The position numbers were made by a program, and so were the translations under genes. From Candidatus Dojkabacteria bacterium (GTDB lineage: Bacteria; Patescibacteriota; Dojkabacteria; SC72; JAHDCA01), in NCBI GenBank assembly GCA_030583845.1, contig CP129478.1:843686-907685 (forward strand): a stretch of 64,000 nucleotides of DNA. The letters run 5' to 3'. The notes under the pieces were generated by a model. The model was not told where the DNA came from, did no database searches, and saw only the letters and a program-made list of their open reading frames with translations. Positions 36,250 through 46,488 of the stretch are shown piece after piece. How positions within the stretch are numbered: position 1 is the stretch's first letter; each line of letters starts with the position of its first letter.

Positions 36250-37563
36250 ATGGCGAAACGAATTATTACCGCAATAGACGTTGGATCTACCAAAGTTACA
36301 ACAGTAATTGCAGCTGTCGACGATAACGAATTACAGCCGACAGTTATAGGTGTTTACTCCCATCCAGCACAAGGCATTAAGAAGGGTGTCATCGTAAATA
36401 TAGACGAGGCTACCAATTCAATCTCAGAAAGCCTCACAGCAGCCGAGCGAATGGCAGGTGTCACTGTTTCCGATGTGTATGTTTCTATCAATGGTGAGCA
36501 GATTAACAGCATTAACAATCGCGGTGTCGTAGCGGTATCCGGCGGTGAGATCACCATGGAGGATACATATCGCGCAATCGAGAATGCTCGAACCCTTTCC
36601 CTCCCTCAAGACATGAATCCTATTCACATAATTCCAAGAGAATTTGTCGTAGATAATCAGAACGGTATCAAATACCCAATCGGCATGACCGGTCAAAGAC
36701 TTGAAGTTGAGACACATATCATTACAGCATCAATGTCATCGTGGAAGAATCTGCGAAAGTGCATTGAGCAGCTAGGCCTTATGGTATCAGACATTGTGTT
36801 TACAGGCTGGGCCTCAACATTGTCAGTTTTGACAGACACTGAGCGAGAGCTCGGAATCACAATGATGGATATCGGTGGTGGCACTGTAAGCGTATCAATC
36901 TTCCAAGAGGGAGCAATCGTTTACAGCGGCTCGGTACCTCTCGGTGGCTCGAGCATCACATCTGACCTTGCAATCGGCCTACAGCTTTCCCTAGATGAAG
37001 CAGAGAAGGTGAAGGTAAATATGGAGAAGATACTTGAAGATAAGCTTGAGAAGGCTAGAAAAGATATGGACAAGACTCCAGCACTTCTACGAAAAGAAGA
37101 GGAGCCAAAGAAGAAAGAAGAGAACAAAGATGATTTAGTAGATATCGCAGCACTTGGGATCAAGGGCCGAGATTCAGTATCTAAATCGATGCTCAAGCAG
37201 ATAGTAGAGGCTCGATTGGAAGAGATCTTTGATATGGTACGTGAGAGCGTATCAAAAGGCGGTTTCGATGTCGCGATGCCAGCAGGAATCGTGCTTACAG
37301 GTGGTAGCTCACAGCTTAAGGATATTACCAAAGTAGCTCAATCTTCATTTGGAGTGCCAGCAAGACTTGGCTATCCAAGCGGTCTGACAGGTATGATTGA
37401 AGAGATCTCTGATCCTTCATATTCGGCTGTTCAAGGCTTGGTAAAGCATGCAATGGAAGATGAGGCTGGTGGCGGAATGTCAGATGGTGAAGGCTCGCTT
37501 GTGGGTGGATTAAGTGGTATCCTTGGGAAGGTCGGAGGCTGGATTAAGTCGTTGATGCCCTAA
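36250..37563 (+). CDS. ftsA: cell division protein FtsA (actin-like ATPase)
   Basis: IITAIDVGSTKV N-terminus and actin-fold phosphate motifs (DIGGGT). Confidence 0.9.
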   Translation: MAKRIITAIDVGSTKVTTVIAAVDDNELQPTVIGVYSHPAQGIKKGVIVNIDEATNSISESLTAAERMAGVTVSDVYVSINGEQINSINNRGVVAVSGGEITMEDTYRAIENARTLSLPQDMNPIHIIPREFVVDNQNGIKYPIGMTGQRLEVETHIITASMSSWKNLRKCIEQLGLMVSDIVFTGWASTLSVLTDTERELGITMMDIGGGTVSVSIFQEGAIVYSGSVPLGGSSITSDLAIGLQLSLDEAEKVKVNMEKILEDKLEKARKDMDKTPALLRKEEEPKKKEENKDDLVDIAALGIKGRDSVSKSMLKQIVEARLEEIFDMVRESVSKGGFDVAMPAGIVLTGGSSQLKDITKVAQSSFGVPARLGYPSGLTGMIEEISDPSYSAVQGLVKHAMEDEAGGGMSDGEGSLVGGLSGILGKVGGWIKSLMP

Positions 37564-37603
37564 TAAAACTGCGAATTAATATATTTATTGTGCTGTAAAA
37601 ATT

Positions 37604-38809
37604 ATGTTGGTTACCCCTAGCAACGTCAACCCGGTGGCGAAGATAAAAGTAGTAGGCGTCGGTGGAGCCGGCGGAAACGCTGTTAACACAATGATTGCCG
37701 ATTACAGCACTGAGGGTGTGGAGTTTTATGCATTTAACACAGATGCCCAGGTATTAAAGAATTCATTAGCTCCTCAAACATTGCAGCTTGGACCAGAGCT
37801 TACACGTGGACTTGGCGTAGGTGGTGATCATAATGTAGGTGCACAGGCAGCAGAAGAGAGCCTCGACGAGATCCATGAGCATCTTGCAGGTGCCGATATG
37901 GTTTTCCTAACAGCTGGGATGGGTGGTGGTACGGGTACAGGAGCAATTCCAGTAATCGCTGGCGTGGCCAAGAACCTTGGAGCGCTCACAGTTGCCGTCG
38001 TTACCAAGCCATTCAAGTTTGAAGGAAAGCATAGAGAAAGAGTCGCAGAAGAGGGATTGGCCGAGTTAAAGGATAAGGTTGATACATTGATTATAGTTGA
38101 TAACCAGAGATTGCTCGAAATTGTCGATGAGAACATCTCATTCCTCGAGGCGATGAAAGAGGTCGACAAAGTGCTTGCGGAGGGTGTGAAGAGCATCTCA
38201 AGCCTTGTAACTATGACAGGATTTATCAATGTAGACTTCGCCGATGTTAAGGCAATCATGACAAATGCTGGTACATCACTGATGGGTATGGGTCGAGCAT
38301 CCGGAGACAAGCGTGCAGAGACTGCCGCTCGCCAGGCTGCTACGAGCCCACTTCTCGATATGTCTATCCAGGGTGCCAAGGGTGTTCTATTCAATATTGT
38401 TGGAGGAACTGACCTAAGCATGTCTGAGATAAATACAGCAGCCCAGATGATCGGTGAAGCGGTTGATCCAGACGCAAAGGTGATCTTCGGTGCAACAATT
38501 GACGAGACAATGAAGGACGAGATCGTGATTACAATTGTAGCGACAGGCTTTGACGAGGCTGCACAGCATGACATCGAGCTTGAGGCTTTGAACGTAGACT
38601 CGCCAGCACGGAAATTATTGATCCAGGAAGAGCCAAAGAGCAGCCTGATCGACAAGCCAGTACAGAAAGCGCCACAAGTGCAGACACCTGTGAATTTCAC
38701 AGAGGTTGACTCTGCTGCTAAGGAGCCAAGCAAGCCAGCAGACGACTTCAAATCTGGAAGTGATGATGACGACCTCGAGATCCCAGCATTTATGAGGCGC
38801 AAGAATTAA
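37604..38809 (+). CDS. ftsZ: cell division GTPase FtsZ
   Basis: Tubulin signature GGGTGTG, T7 loop and a C-terminal DDLEIPAFMRRK peptide. Confidence 0.95.
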   Translation: MLVTPSNVNPVAKIKVVGVGGAGGNAVNTMIADYSTEGVEFYAFNTDAQVLKNSLAPQTLQLGPELTRGLGVGGDHNVGAQAAEESLDEIHEHLAGADMVFLTAGMGGGTGTGAIPVIAGVAKNLGALTVAVVTKPFKFEGKHRERVAEEGLAELKDKVDTLIIVDNQRLLEIVDENISFLEAMKEVDKVLAEGVKSISSLVTMTGFINVDFADVKAIMTNAGTSLMGMGRASGDKRAETAARQAATSPLLDMSIQGAKGVLFNIVGGTDLSMSEINTAAQMIGEAVDPDAKVIFGATIDETMKDEIVITIVATGFDEAAQHDIELEALNVDSPARKLLIQEEPKSSLIDKPVQKAPQVQTPVNFTEVDSAAKEPSKPADDFKSGSDDDDLEIPAFMRRKN

Positions 38810-38858
38810 GCCCTCTGCTGTATCTCTTTGCACTAGCTAAAATTTTTCACTAGACCAA

Positions 38859-39116
38859 GTGGCGAAAAAGATTGAGGCTGTTGAAGTCCAGAAAAAATCC
38901 GAAAGTAGCAATCAAAAAGCAACTCCGCAAAAAGATAAGGGTCTCATGACATTCGTAAAAAACAACTTCTTACTGATTGCGGCTATAATATATCTGCTTA
39001 TTCCAATAGATTTTCTACCGGATGTCGTCCCTATTTTAGGGTATGGTGACGATGTTGTACTGTTGGCGGCTGGCTTGCTCAGGAGCTACGTCAAGTATAA
39101 GCAGGGTAAGGAGTAG
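38859..39116 (+). CDS. DUF1232 (YkvA-like) small membrane protein
   Basis: LIPIDFLPDVVPILGYGDDVVLLAAGL motif. Confidence 0.5.
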   Translation: MAKKIEAVEVQKKSESSNQKATPQKDKGLMTFVKNNFLLIAAIIYLLIPIDFLPDVVPILGYGDDVVLLAAGLLRSYVKYKQGKE

Positions 39117-39149
39117 GCTTCTTTGTAGATTTACTGTATAATTATCCCA

Positions 39150-39398
39150 TTAAACACGACGATCCTGCATCACAGGGGAGTGGCAGACAGAACAGCCTTC
39201 TTCGCAAAGCATCGAAGGCTAAGTAATAGCTGACGGTAGGGAGCCGTAAATAACCCAACCCATTCATGGTGAAACAGAGTGGGAAATAAGCGTAGATTGG
39301 CAACAATCTCCGGAACGAGGGTGGTACCATGTATGAAATTACATCCCTCCCGCTAACTTATAGTACGATACGTACTATAAGTTAGCGGGAGGGTTTTT
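39150..39398 (+). promoter_or_regulatory. T-box riboswitch leader (Ile specifier) with intrinsic terminator, upstream of ileS
   Basis: Conserved T-box sequence AACGAGGGTGGTACC (39314-39328), an F-box-like CCGTAAA and an AUC-containing specifier region. A 23-bp terminator hairpin (39345-39393) plus TTTTT follows. TGTATAAT at 39135-39142 is a candidate extended -10. Confidence 0.75.
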
Positions 39399-39422
39399 GT
39401 TTAATCTAACTAGTAATACAAA

Positions 39423-42413
39423 ATGTCGAAAATAGTAGAAGCACCACAAAGAGCAGAGTTCCCAAAGCTCGAGGACAAAATACTGGAATTTTGGAGGGAG
39501 AACGACACATTTAAAAAATCGGTAGACCAGAGACCGGAAGATAAGAAATACTCTTTCGTCGACGGTCCTCCGTTTGTATCGGGCATGCCACATCCAGCTC
39601 ATCTTTTTGTCTCAATAGCCAAAGATGTGATACCTCGCTACTGGGCAATGAAGGGGTACAGAGTCAGAAGAGTATTTGGCTGGGATTGTCACGGTCTCCC
39701 AATAGAGGCAAAGGTCAATAAAAAATATAACCTGACGGGTCGTAAGCAGATAGAGGAAGAGTTTGGAGTAGAGCGATATGTTAAAGAGTGTCGCAAATTT
39801 GTTGAAGAGTTCTCTGAGAACTGGAAGTGGTACATAGAGAAGATAGGTCGCTGGGCCGACATGGACAATGCATACTACACGATGCACCCTGAATTTAATG
39901 AATCTGTGATATGGGCTTTCAAGCAGGCGTGGGACAAAGGCTACATATATAAAGGTAAGCGTGTCTCGATGTATTCGACCGATACTGCGACACCTGTCTC
40001 AAGCTTCGAGGTGGCAATGGATACTGATAACTATCAGGATACAGAGGATCTAAGCGTATTTGTAAAATTTGAGCTAGAAGAGAATCCTTGGGCTAAAGAT
40101 ACCGACAAGAAGCCAGTATATATGGTTGCCTGGACGACAACCCCATGGACAATACCATCAAATTTCGCACTGGCAGTAAACCCTGAATTTAAATATGTGC
40201 TCGCAGAATTTAATGAACAGTATTTTGTAGTAGCGGAGGACCGAGTTCAGTACACATTTAATGTTAATGAAGATGAGGTAGGCGAGGATGCGGGCAAGAC
40301 AGTACGAGTCGTCAAAACCTTTATGGGTGATGAGATGGATGGGCTCCAGTATAAGCCTGTGTATGATTTCTTTGTCGATAAAGCAACCAAGAATGACTTC
40401 CACGTCTACGCATTTAGTGAGGTTACAGGTGAAGAGGGCTCCGGCGTGCTCCATATAGCTCCAGCCTTTGGTGAGGTGGACTTCAATTTTGGGCATGAGA
40501 AGAAGCTAAGCTTCGAAGCTGATATAGATGAAGAGGGTAAGATGACAGTGGGAGATTGGAAAGGTGTATATCTACGCGACGCAAGCCCGCTTGTTGCAGA
40601 GGATATGCAGCTCAAGGGCAATCTGCTCAGATCGGAGATGTATACTCACCGACTTCCATACTACCGCGGTGATAATCCACTTATATACATGGCTCAAGAC
40701 TCATACTTCATAGACGTACAAAAGCTAAAGAAGAGAATGCTCGAGCTTAACGAAAATGTAAACTGGGTGCCAGGCCACTTTAAGCATGGGCGTTTTGCAG
40801 ATACTGTTGAGACATCCCCAGATTGGGCAGTCTCGAGAAATAGATACTGGGCAACCGTACTCCCCCTTTGGAAATCTGAAGATGGGGAAGAGCTAGTAAT
40901 GGGAAGCATAGCCGAGATGGCCGAGCTCACCGATCAGCTAGAAGCCCGCGAGGAGAAAGGAAAAACAGTCTACTACCTTGATGGTGAGAAATTCTCACTC
41001 CACAGGGATTTCTGTGACAAGTTGGTGCTAAAGAAGGACGGGAAAGAGTATCGAAGAGTTCCTGAGGTGCTGGACTGCTGGCTGGACTCTGGCTCTGTGC
41101 CATTTGCTGAGTACCACTATCCATTTGAAAATCAGGAAGAATTTAAAAATAGCTCTCCCGCAGACTTTATAGTCGAGTACTCGGGTCAGGTGCGTGCATG
41201 GTTTAATGTGCTTTTCCGCATGTCGACCATGCTGTTCGACCAAGAGGCATTCAAGAATGTGATATGCCACGGCGTAATGGCAGGTAGCGACGGGCGCAAG
41301 ATGTCTAAAACATATGGCAACTACACCGACCCTGAGGATGTATTGAAGAATATAGGTGGTGAGGCGATGCGATTGTACGCAATGGGATCTCCACTCATGG
41401 CTGGTGGCGATATGAACTGGTCAGACGAGGATCTAAACGAGTATGTAAAGACAGTGATGATACCTCTCTGGAATACATACCGATATCTGACTATGTATGC
41501 CACGCAGCACAACTGGACTCCAAAGGATGCTGAGTACCCAGAAAATACAGTATTAGACAGATGGCTCAAGTCATATATGAACAGCGTCACAATGCAGTAT
41601 GCAGATGCTCTAGAATCGTACGATATACCTGGCTCAGTCCGTCTGATACAGCCAACCGTAGACGATATATCTACCTGGTGGATACGCCGATCGCGAGAAC
41701 GATTTGCCAATGGTGATATAGAAGCTCTGCAAGCCCTCTATGCAGCTCTGGTGCAATTTGCAAGGACATTTGCACCTCAGATGCCCTTCCTGACCGAGGA
41801 GATATATCAGAACCTAGTAGTTGGTGCAGGCCTTAAAGGTGCAAAGGAGTCGGTGCACCTAGAGGATTATCTAGAAGTAACCGAGAAAGATGTAGATCAG
41901 AAACTGCTAGATGGTATGGCACAGGTACGCACTTTGGCCTCATTAGGACAGAATCTACGCGAGGAGAATCGTATGAAGCTGCGACAACCGCTTAGCAGAG
42001 CAGTAGTGCCTGTTGAGAGTGAAGAGCTTCGTGATCTACTTCGCGAGGAGCTAAATGTGAAGAGTGTTGAGTATAAGAAAAGCCGTCCGAAAGATGACGA
42101 GCTGGTGTTCAACGATAGCAAAGGCCACTTTGTCGGATTGGATGTGACACTCACCGAGGAGTTGAAAGCTGAAGGCTGGATGAATGATGTGGCTCGCACG
42201 GTACAGGTATTGCGCAAAGAGAACGGATTTAAGGTTGAGGATAAGGTGGTGGTGAGCTACAGCACAGACTCAGATGAGGTTAAGAAGATGATGGAGGATT
42301 TCGATGGTGCGCTTCGAGAGAAAGTCGGCGCAAAGGCAGTAGTAAAAGAGGAAAAGGTTGAGGGTGAGAAGGTCAAGCTAGAAGGTGCGGAGCTGACGGT
42401 GAGTGTAAGCTAA
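39423..42413 (+). CDS. ileS: isoleucine--tRNA ligase
   Basis: 996 aa with the HIGH-region (PHPAHLF), the KMSKT motif and a CP1 editing domain. No C-terminal Zn finger. Confidence 0.95.
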   Translation: MSKIVEAPQRAEFPKLEDKILEFWRENDTFKKSVDQRPEDKKYSFVDGPPFVSGMPHPAHLFVSIAKDVIPRYWAMKGYRVRRVFGWDCHGLPIEAKVNKKYNLTGRKQIEEEFGVERYVKECRKFVEEFSENWKWYIEKIGRWADMDNAYYTMHPEFNESVIWAFKQAWDKGYIYKGKRVSMYSTDTATPVSSFEVAMDTDNYQDTEDLSVFVKFELEENPWAKDTDKKPVYMVAWTTTPWTIPSNFALAVNPEFKYVLAEFNEQYFVVAEDRVQYTFNVNEDEVGEDAGKTVRVVKTFMGDEMDGLQYKPVYDFFVDKATKNDFHVYAFSEVTGEEGSGVLHIAPAFGEVDFNFGHEKKLSFEADIDEEGKMTVGDWKGVYLRDASPLVAEDMQLKGNLLRSEMYTHRLPYYRGDNPLIYMAQDSYFIDVQKLKKRMLELNENVNWVPGHFKHGRFADTVETSPDWAVSRNRYWATVLPLWKSEDGEELVMGSIAEMAELTDQLEAREEKGKTVYYLDGEKFSLHRDFCDKLVLKKDGKEYRRVPEVLDCWLDSGSVPFAEYHYPFENQEEFKNSSPADFIVEYSGQVRAWFNVLFRMSTMLFDQEAFKNVICHGVMAGSDGRKMSKTYGNYTDPEDVLKNIGGEAMRLYAMGSPLMAGGDMNWSDEDLNEYVKTVMIPLWNTYRYLTMYATQHNWTPKDAEYPENTVLDRWLKSYMNSVTMQYADALESYDIPGSVRLIQPTVDDISTWWIRRSRERFANGDIEALQALYAALVQFARTFAPQMPFLTEEIYQNLVVGAGLKGAKESVHLEDYLEVTEKDVDQKLLDGMAQVRTLASLGQNLREENRMKLRQPLSRAVVPVESEELRDLLREELNVKSVEYKKSRPKDDELVFNDSKGHFVGLDVTLTEELKAEGWMNDVARTVQVLRKENGFKVEDKVVVSYSTDSDEVKKMMEDFDGALREKVGAKAVVKEEKVEGEKVKLEGAELTVSVS

Positions 42414-42468
42414 CAGCTTAATTAGATTACACTACTTATACACATTGTGGGGAATCTTACTCGAGGCC

Positions 42469-43206
42469 CTATTTAAGTGTAAATCCACCATCAACGGCTA
42501 CTACCTGACCTGTAACAAAGCTTGCTTGTTCACTCAGTAAATACACTACTGAATCAGCTACTTCCGCAGGAGTGCCCATCCTCTTAATTACTGATAGATC
42601 AGTAGTCATGGAAGGGTCTTCACCGGTCGTAGATGTCAAAGGAGTATCTATTAAACCAGGAGCTACAGCATTCACTCTTATTAAAGGTTCGTTATAGTAG
42701 CGGGCAAATGATTTTGTTAACGAAATGATTCCAGCTTTTGTTGCCGAATATATTACCCCGTATGGCTCTCCGATTAGACCATCAACAGATGTAATATTTA
42801 CAACAGCACCTGTTTTAGAGGTCTCTTTAATTAAGTCACCTAATATACGCAAAGTCCAGAACGTTCCTTTGAGGTTTACGTTAATAGTCTTATCAATTAC
42901 TTCATCAGTGATTGTATCTATACTACAAGGCAAAGGCATAATACCTGCATTACACACTAACAGATCCAACCTCTGACACTTTTCTTTAATATACTCTCGT
43001 GCAATATCAATATCTGCCCTACTTGAAATATCACACTTAATATAATGTGCTTTATCTGTCTGTGTAAATTCTTGCGATAACTCAAAACTACTGTGCTCCG
43101 AACTAATGATTACCTCACATTTCAGATCTAACAGTTTTTGTGCAATGGATTTACCGATTCCACTCGTCGAACCTGTCACAAATGCAACCTTGCCGTTGAA
43201 ATCCAT
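42469..43206 (-). CDS. SDR-family oxidoreductase (FabG-like)
   Basis: TGSTSGIGK Rossmann motif and the YSATKAG catalytic triad region. Confidence 0.8.
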   Translation of the reverse strand: MDFNGKVAFVTGSTSGIGKSIAQKLLDLKCEVIISSEHSSFELSQEFTQTDKAHYIKCDISSRADIDIAREYIKEKCQRLDLLVCNAGIMPLPCSIDTITDEVIDKTINVNLKGTFWTLRILGDLIKETSKTGAVVNITSVDGLIGEPYGVIYSATKAGIISLTKSFARYYNEPLIRVNAVAPGLIDTPLTSTTGEDPSMTTDLSVIKRMGTPAEVADSVVYLLSEQASFVTGQVVAVDGGFTLK

Positions 43207-43338
43207 TGGAAATAAGTCTTAACTTAGTTGCCCATTCTATTACAAATGTCGTGAGTTATAAATATTAAACTTCATAGCCAATTTAATTATCAGTTTGCGG
43301 CGTGGAATCCTTAATCTCTCAGTGGTAAACTCAATCTG

Positions 43339-44661
43339 ATGTTCAAATATCAGGACAAGCTCATCCTTGTTATTACAACCATATTGACTGTGCTAGGACT
43401 CTTCACACTAGTCTCGACGAGCATAGACTTCGATGGAAATATTGATTGGACCGGTATCGTCATGAAGCAGGCGGTGTTTGTCGCACTTGGCGTACTTCTT
43501 TACATTGCTGTCGCTAGGATAGACATTACCTATCTATGGCATATTCAGGTGATTGCTGTGATATATCTAGTCACCCTATCGCTGCTGATAGCTACTTTGG
43601 CTTTTGCGCCAGCCATTAATAATGCAAAGAGGTGGATATTGATCGGCGGAACACAGTTTCAACCGTCGGAGATCGCTAAGGTCACGGTGATATTGGTAAC
43701 AATAGGCGTGATATCGCTGCGTGATAAATATAACGAAGTGCTACTGGCGGTTATTTCGCTCATCTTGGTGTTGCCGCTAGTTGTGCTTATCTATCTGCAG
43801 CCTCACGGAAGCATGGCGCTGATCCTTCTGATTCTTTGGTTTATTACCGCATTTACATTTATGTCGAATCAGCTCCGGAATGGCTTGCTGGTGGGTATTG
43901 TGGTGTCGCTGCTGCTTGGCGGAGTGCTATTTGCCTGGGATAGGGAGATCACAGCACTGCTTCTGGTGGGAGTCGGCACAGTTGCAGGGATTTACGGCAT
44001 ATATTCAAAAGAAAGCTGGCGCAAGATGTTTCTGGTCGCACTGCTTATCGGGTTTGTCGGTGCGGCGGTTGTCGCGGCAGGGTGGGATAGCTTTTACGAG
44101 GCGTTGCCAGAGCACCAGAAGGATCGTATCGAGGTGTTTCAGAATCCAGAGGAAGCTGATGAAGATAAATCATTTAACGTCCGGCAGTCCAAAGTAGCGA
44201 TCGGGTCGGGACAGCTATTTGGGAAAGGCTTCGGCTTTGGGACACAGACTCGCCTTAAATTCTTACCGGAGCACCAGACCGACTTTATATTTGCCACTTT
44301 CTCTGAGCAGTTTGGTTGGATAGGGTCGATGATAGTGCTCGGGTTGTACTTTACATTGATTGCTAGGATCTTCTGGCATGCGGTGAATGATCGAAATAGC
44401 ACAGATGGATGGGATGCTTCTGCTGTGCTGCTTGCCGCGCTGGGCTTTAAGATAATGATTGAGGTGTTTATCAATATCGGCAGCAACACCGGAGTTATAC
44501 CTGCAACCGGAATCCCGCTGCCGCTGATGAGTGCCGGAGGTACAGTTACACTTATGACTTTTGTGACGCTGGGGCTAGTGCAAAGCGTGATCTCATATTC
44601 GGCAAAACATCCAAAAGAGGTAGATTTCATTGATCATGACGATCACTCGGGTGGGCTGTAA
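43339..44661 (+). CDS. SEDS-family peptidoglycan glycosyltransferase (FtsW/RodA)
   Basis: ~10 TM helices and conserved QFQPSEIAK and GSGQLFGKGFG...TDFIFA blocks. Confidence 0.8.
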   Translation: MFKYQDKLILVITTILTVLGLFTLVSTSIDFDGNIDWTGIVMKQAVFVALGVLLYIAVARIDITYLWHIQVIAVIYLVTLSLLIATLAFAPAINNAKRWILIGGTQFQPSEIAKVTVILVTIGVISLRDKYNEVLLAVISLILVLPLVVLIYLQPHGSMALILLILWFITAFTFMSNQLRNGLLVGIVVSLLLGGVLFAWDREITALLLVGVGTVAGIYGIYSKESWRKMFLVALLIGFVGAAVVAAGWDSFYEALPEHQKDRIEVFQNPEEADEDKSFNVRQSKVAIGSGQLFGKGFGFGTQTRLKFLPEHQTDFIFATFSEQFGWIGSMIVLGLYFTLIARIFWHAVNDRNSTDGWDASAVLLAALGFKIMIEVFINIGSNTGVIPATGIPLPLMSAGGTVTLMTFVTLGLVQSVISYSAKHPKEVDFIDHDDHSGGL

Positions 44662-44732
44662 CGTTTAAAGCAGCAGAAGTGGTCATTAACATTGACAAGA
44701 AGCCACTATTACTCTAAAATCTCAGCTGTTAT

Positions 44733-45212
44733 ATGGCAAACGAAAAGAGCGCAACAAAAAAGAAAACTACTGTTAAGAAAGCAGCTCCAAAGGCTGTGAA
44801 AGCAAACGCAAAGCCTGCTAAGACAAGCACAAAGGCTAAGCCAGCTGCAAAAGCAGAGGTAAAGGCTACAAAAGCTAAAGTTGTAAAGCAGAATGGTGGC
44901 TTCGCAGTGATCGAGATTGCCGGTACACAGCTCAAGGTTGAAGAGGGGAAGAAATATACAATTAACAAGATCGATGGTGCAAAGGGAGAGAAAGTAAGTG
45001 CAGAGCTGTACAAAGTATTGATGACCTCAGATGGAGATAGTATTAATGTAGGCAAGCCATATGTTGATGGTGCAAAGGTTGAGCTAAAGGTTGATACACA
45101 GAAGCGAGATAAGAAAGTTGATACTAGGACATTCAAGTCAAAGGCTCGATACAGACGAAAGAGGGCTATCCGCCCTATGATTACCCGTATTGAGGTAACC
45201 AAGATAGCTTAG
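44733..45212 (+). CDS. rplU: 50S ribosomal protein L21 with ~50-aa Lys/Ala-rich N-terminal extension
   Basis: C-terminal L21 core (FAVIEIAGTQLKVEEGKK...KARYRRKRAIRPMITRIEVTKI) preceded by a histone-H1-like KA-rich tail. Confidence 0.8.
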   Translation: MANEKSATKKKTTVKKAAPKAVKANAKPAKTSTKAKPAAKAEVKATKAKVVKQNGGFAVIEIAGTQLKVEEGKKYTINKIDGAKGEKVSAELYKVLMTSDGDSINVGKPYVDGAKVELKVDTQKRDKKVDTRTFKSKARYRRKRAIRPMITRIEVTKIA

Positions 45213-45290
45213 GAGCTTGCTTCCCCCAAGATTGATAATCACTTTTCGATACATTAGAATCATTAATGTGATAAATTTGTCACTTCTTTC

Positions 45291-46466
45291 ATGAAATATT
45301 TCTTCATACCGGGCAGACTACGCGACCTATCAGCAGTTGAGATCTCTCAGCAAGCCAAGGTTATCCTAGACAAATATAGCCTGGACAACAAAGGGCGCAA
45401 CTTTTTCGTATTAGAAAGCGATCAGCCTGAGCAGGTTGCAATGCTATTTAACCGCCTTGGCGGTTTCATTAAGTATGGTGAAGTCTATGAGCTTGACGCC
45501 GATCTGAGTAGCATTTTTCCTATAAATCTTGAGAAAGTTAACTATGGCGTAAGCGGTTATTCAAACAGCTCTGCCAAAGATCTTCATGATAAAGTCATGA
45601 AAATTTCGCGCTCAGTAGATAAGTATCTTAAGGATAGCGGCATCAAATCAAGATATATCCGTGGTGATCGCGGTGAGCTATCCTCCGCTCAGATTTTGGG
45701 CAACAACCTTATCGAGAAAGGTGCCGATCTCTCACTGCTTCAAGATTTCAAAGGTGAACTAAGCCTAGGAAAGACCTTGGCAGTACAAGATATCGCAGGA
45801 TTCTCGATGCGGGACTACGAAAGACCTGCATTTGATAAGAAAATGGGGATGTTGCCACCAAAACTAGCTCGCATTATGGTAAATCTGGCATCGGTTAAGC
45901 CTGGTGCAACTATCTGGGACCCGTTCTGTGGTGTCGGTACAATCCCACTTGAAGCCTTGCTCCTTGGATATAATGTGCTTGGCTCCGATCTAGACGAGGA
46001 GATGGTGAATTCAACTGAGGAAAATATTGCGTGGTTGAGCAAGAATTACGACCTCGGTGATCAGAAGTACGCGCTTTTCCAGTACGATGTCACAGATTAT
46101 CACAAGGGAATTCGCAAAAAGCTTAGAAATACAGAAATTCACGCAGTTGTTTTCGAGCCATACATGGGACCACCGCAGAGAAAGGTGATGGCTCCTGGCA
46201 AGGCAAACGAGCTTCTCAATGAGGTTCAGAAGCTGTACGAAGGGCTTTTCTTGATGCTTGAGCACATTGATAAGCATGAGCTAACTGTAGTTGCAGTCCT
46301 CCCATCATATAAGACCCATAAGGGTTGGATGACGCTGAGATACAGCTCGCTTTTCAGCAAAAAATGGGAGATTATAAACAACAAAGTAAGGGAAAAAGAC
46401 TTGCATTGGGAGCGAACTAATAGTATCATAAGGCGCAATCTTTTGATTTTGAAGATGAAGAGTTAA
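45291..46466 (+). CDS. THUMP-domain RNA methyltransferase (Trm11/RlmL-like N2-guanine/N6-adenine MTase family)
   Basis: PPKLARIMVNLASVKPGATIWDPFCGVGTI matches the DPFCGSGT catalytic signature. Lies between rplU and rpmA. Confidence 0.6.
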   Translation: MKYFFIPGRLRDLSAVEISQQAKVILDKYSLDNKGRNFFVLESDQPEQVAMLFNRLGGFIKYGEVYELDADLSSIFPINLEKVNYGVSGYSNSSAKDLHDKVMKISRSVDKYLKDSGIKSRYIRGDRGELSSAQILGNNLIEKGADLSLLQDFKGELSLGKTLAVQDIAGFSMRDYERPAFDKKMGMLPPKLARIMVNLASVKPGATIWDPFCGVGTIPLEALLLGYNVLGSDLDEEMVNSTEENIAWLSKNYDLGDQKYALFQYDVTDYHKGIRKKLRNTEIHAVVFEPYMGPPQRKVMAPGKANELLNEVQKLYEGLFLMLEHIDKHELTVVAVLPSYKTHKGWMTLRYSSLFSKKWEIINNKVREKDLHWERTNSIIRRNLLILKMKS

Positions 46467-46488
46467 ATTTGTTTGGGTCGGCTGAGCG

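Noticed and set aside
37828-38802. 324-aa antisense ORF inside ftsZ. Similar long antisense ORFs lie inside ftsA (36921-37331), L21 (44729-45202), ileS, prfB and others.
   Set aside because: Ala/Ser/Thr-rich low-complexity translations opposite strongly supported conserved genes. These are typical shadow ORFs.
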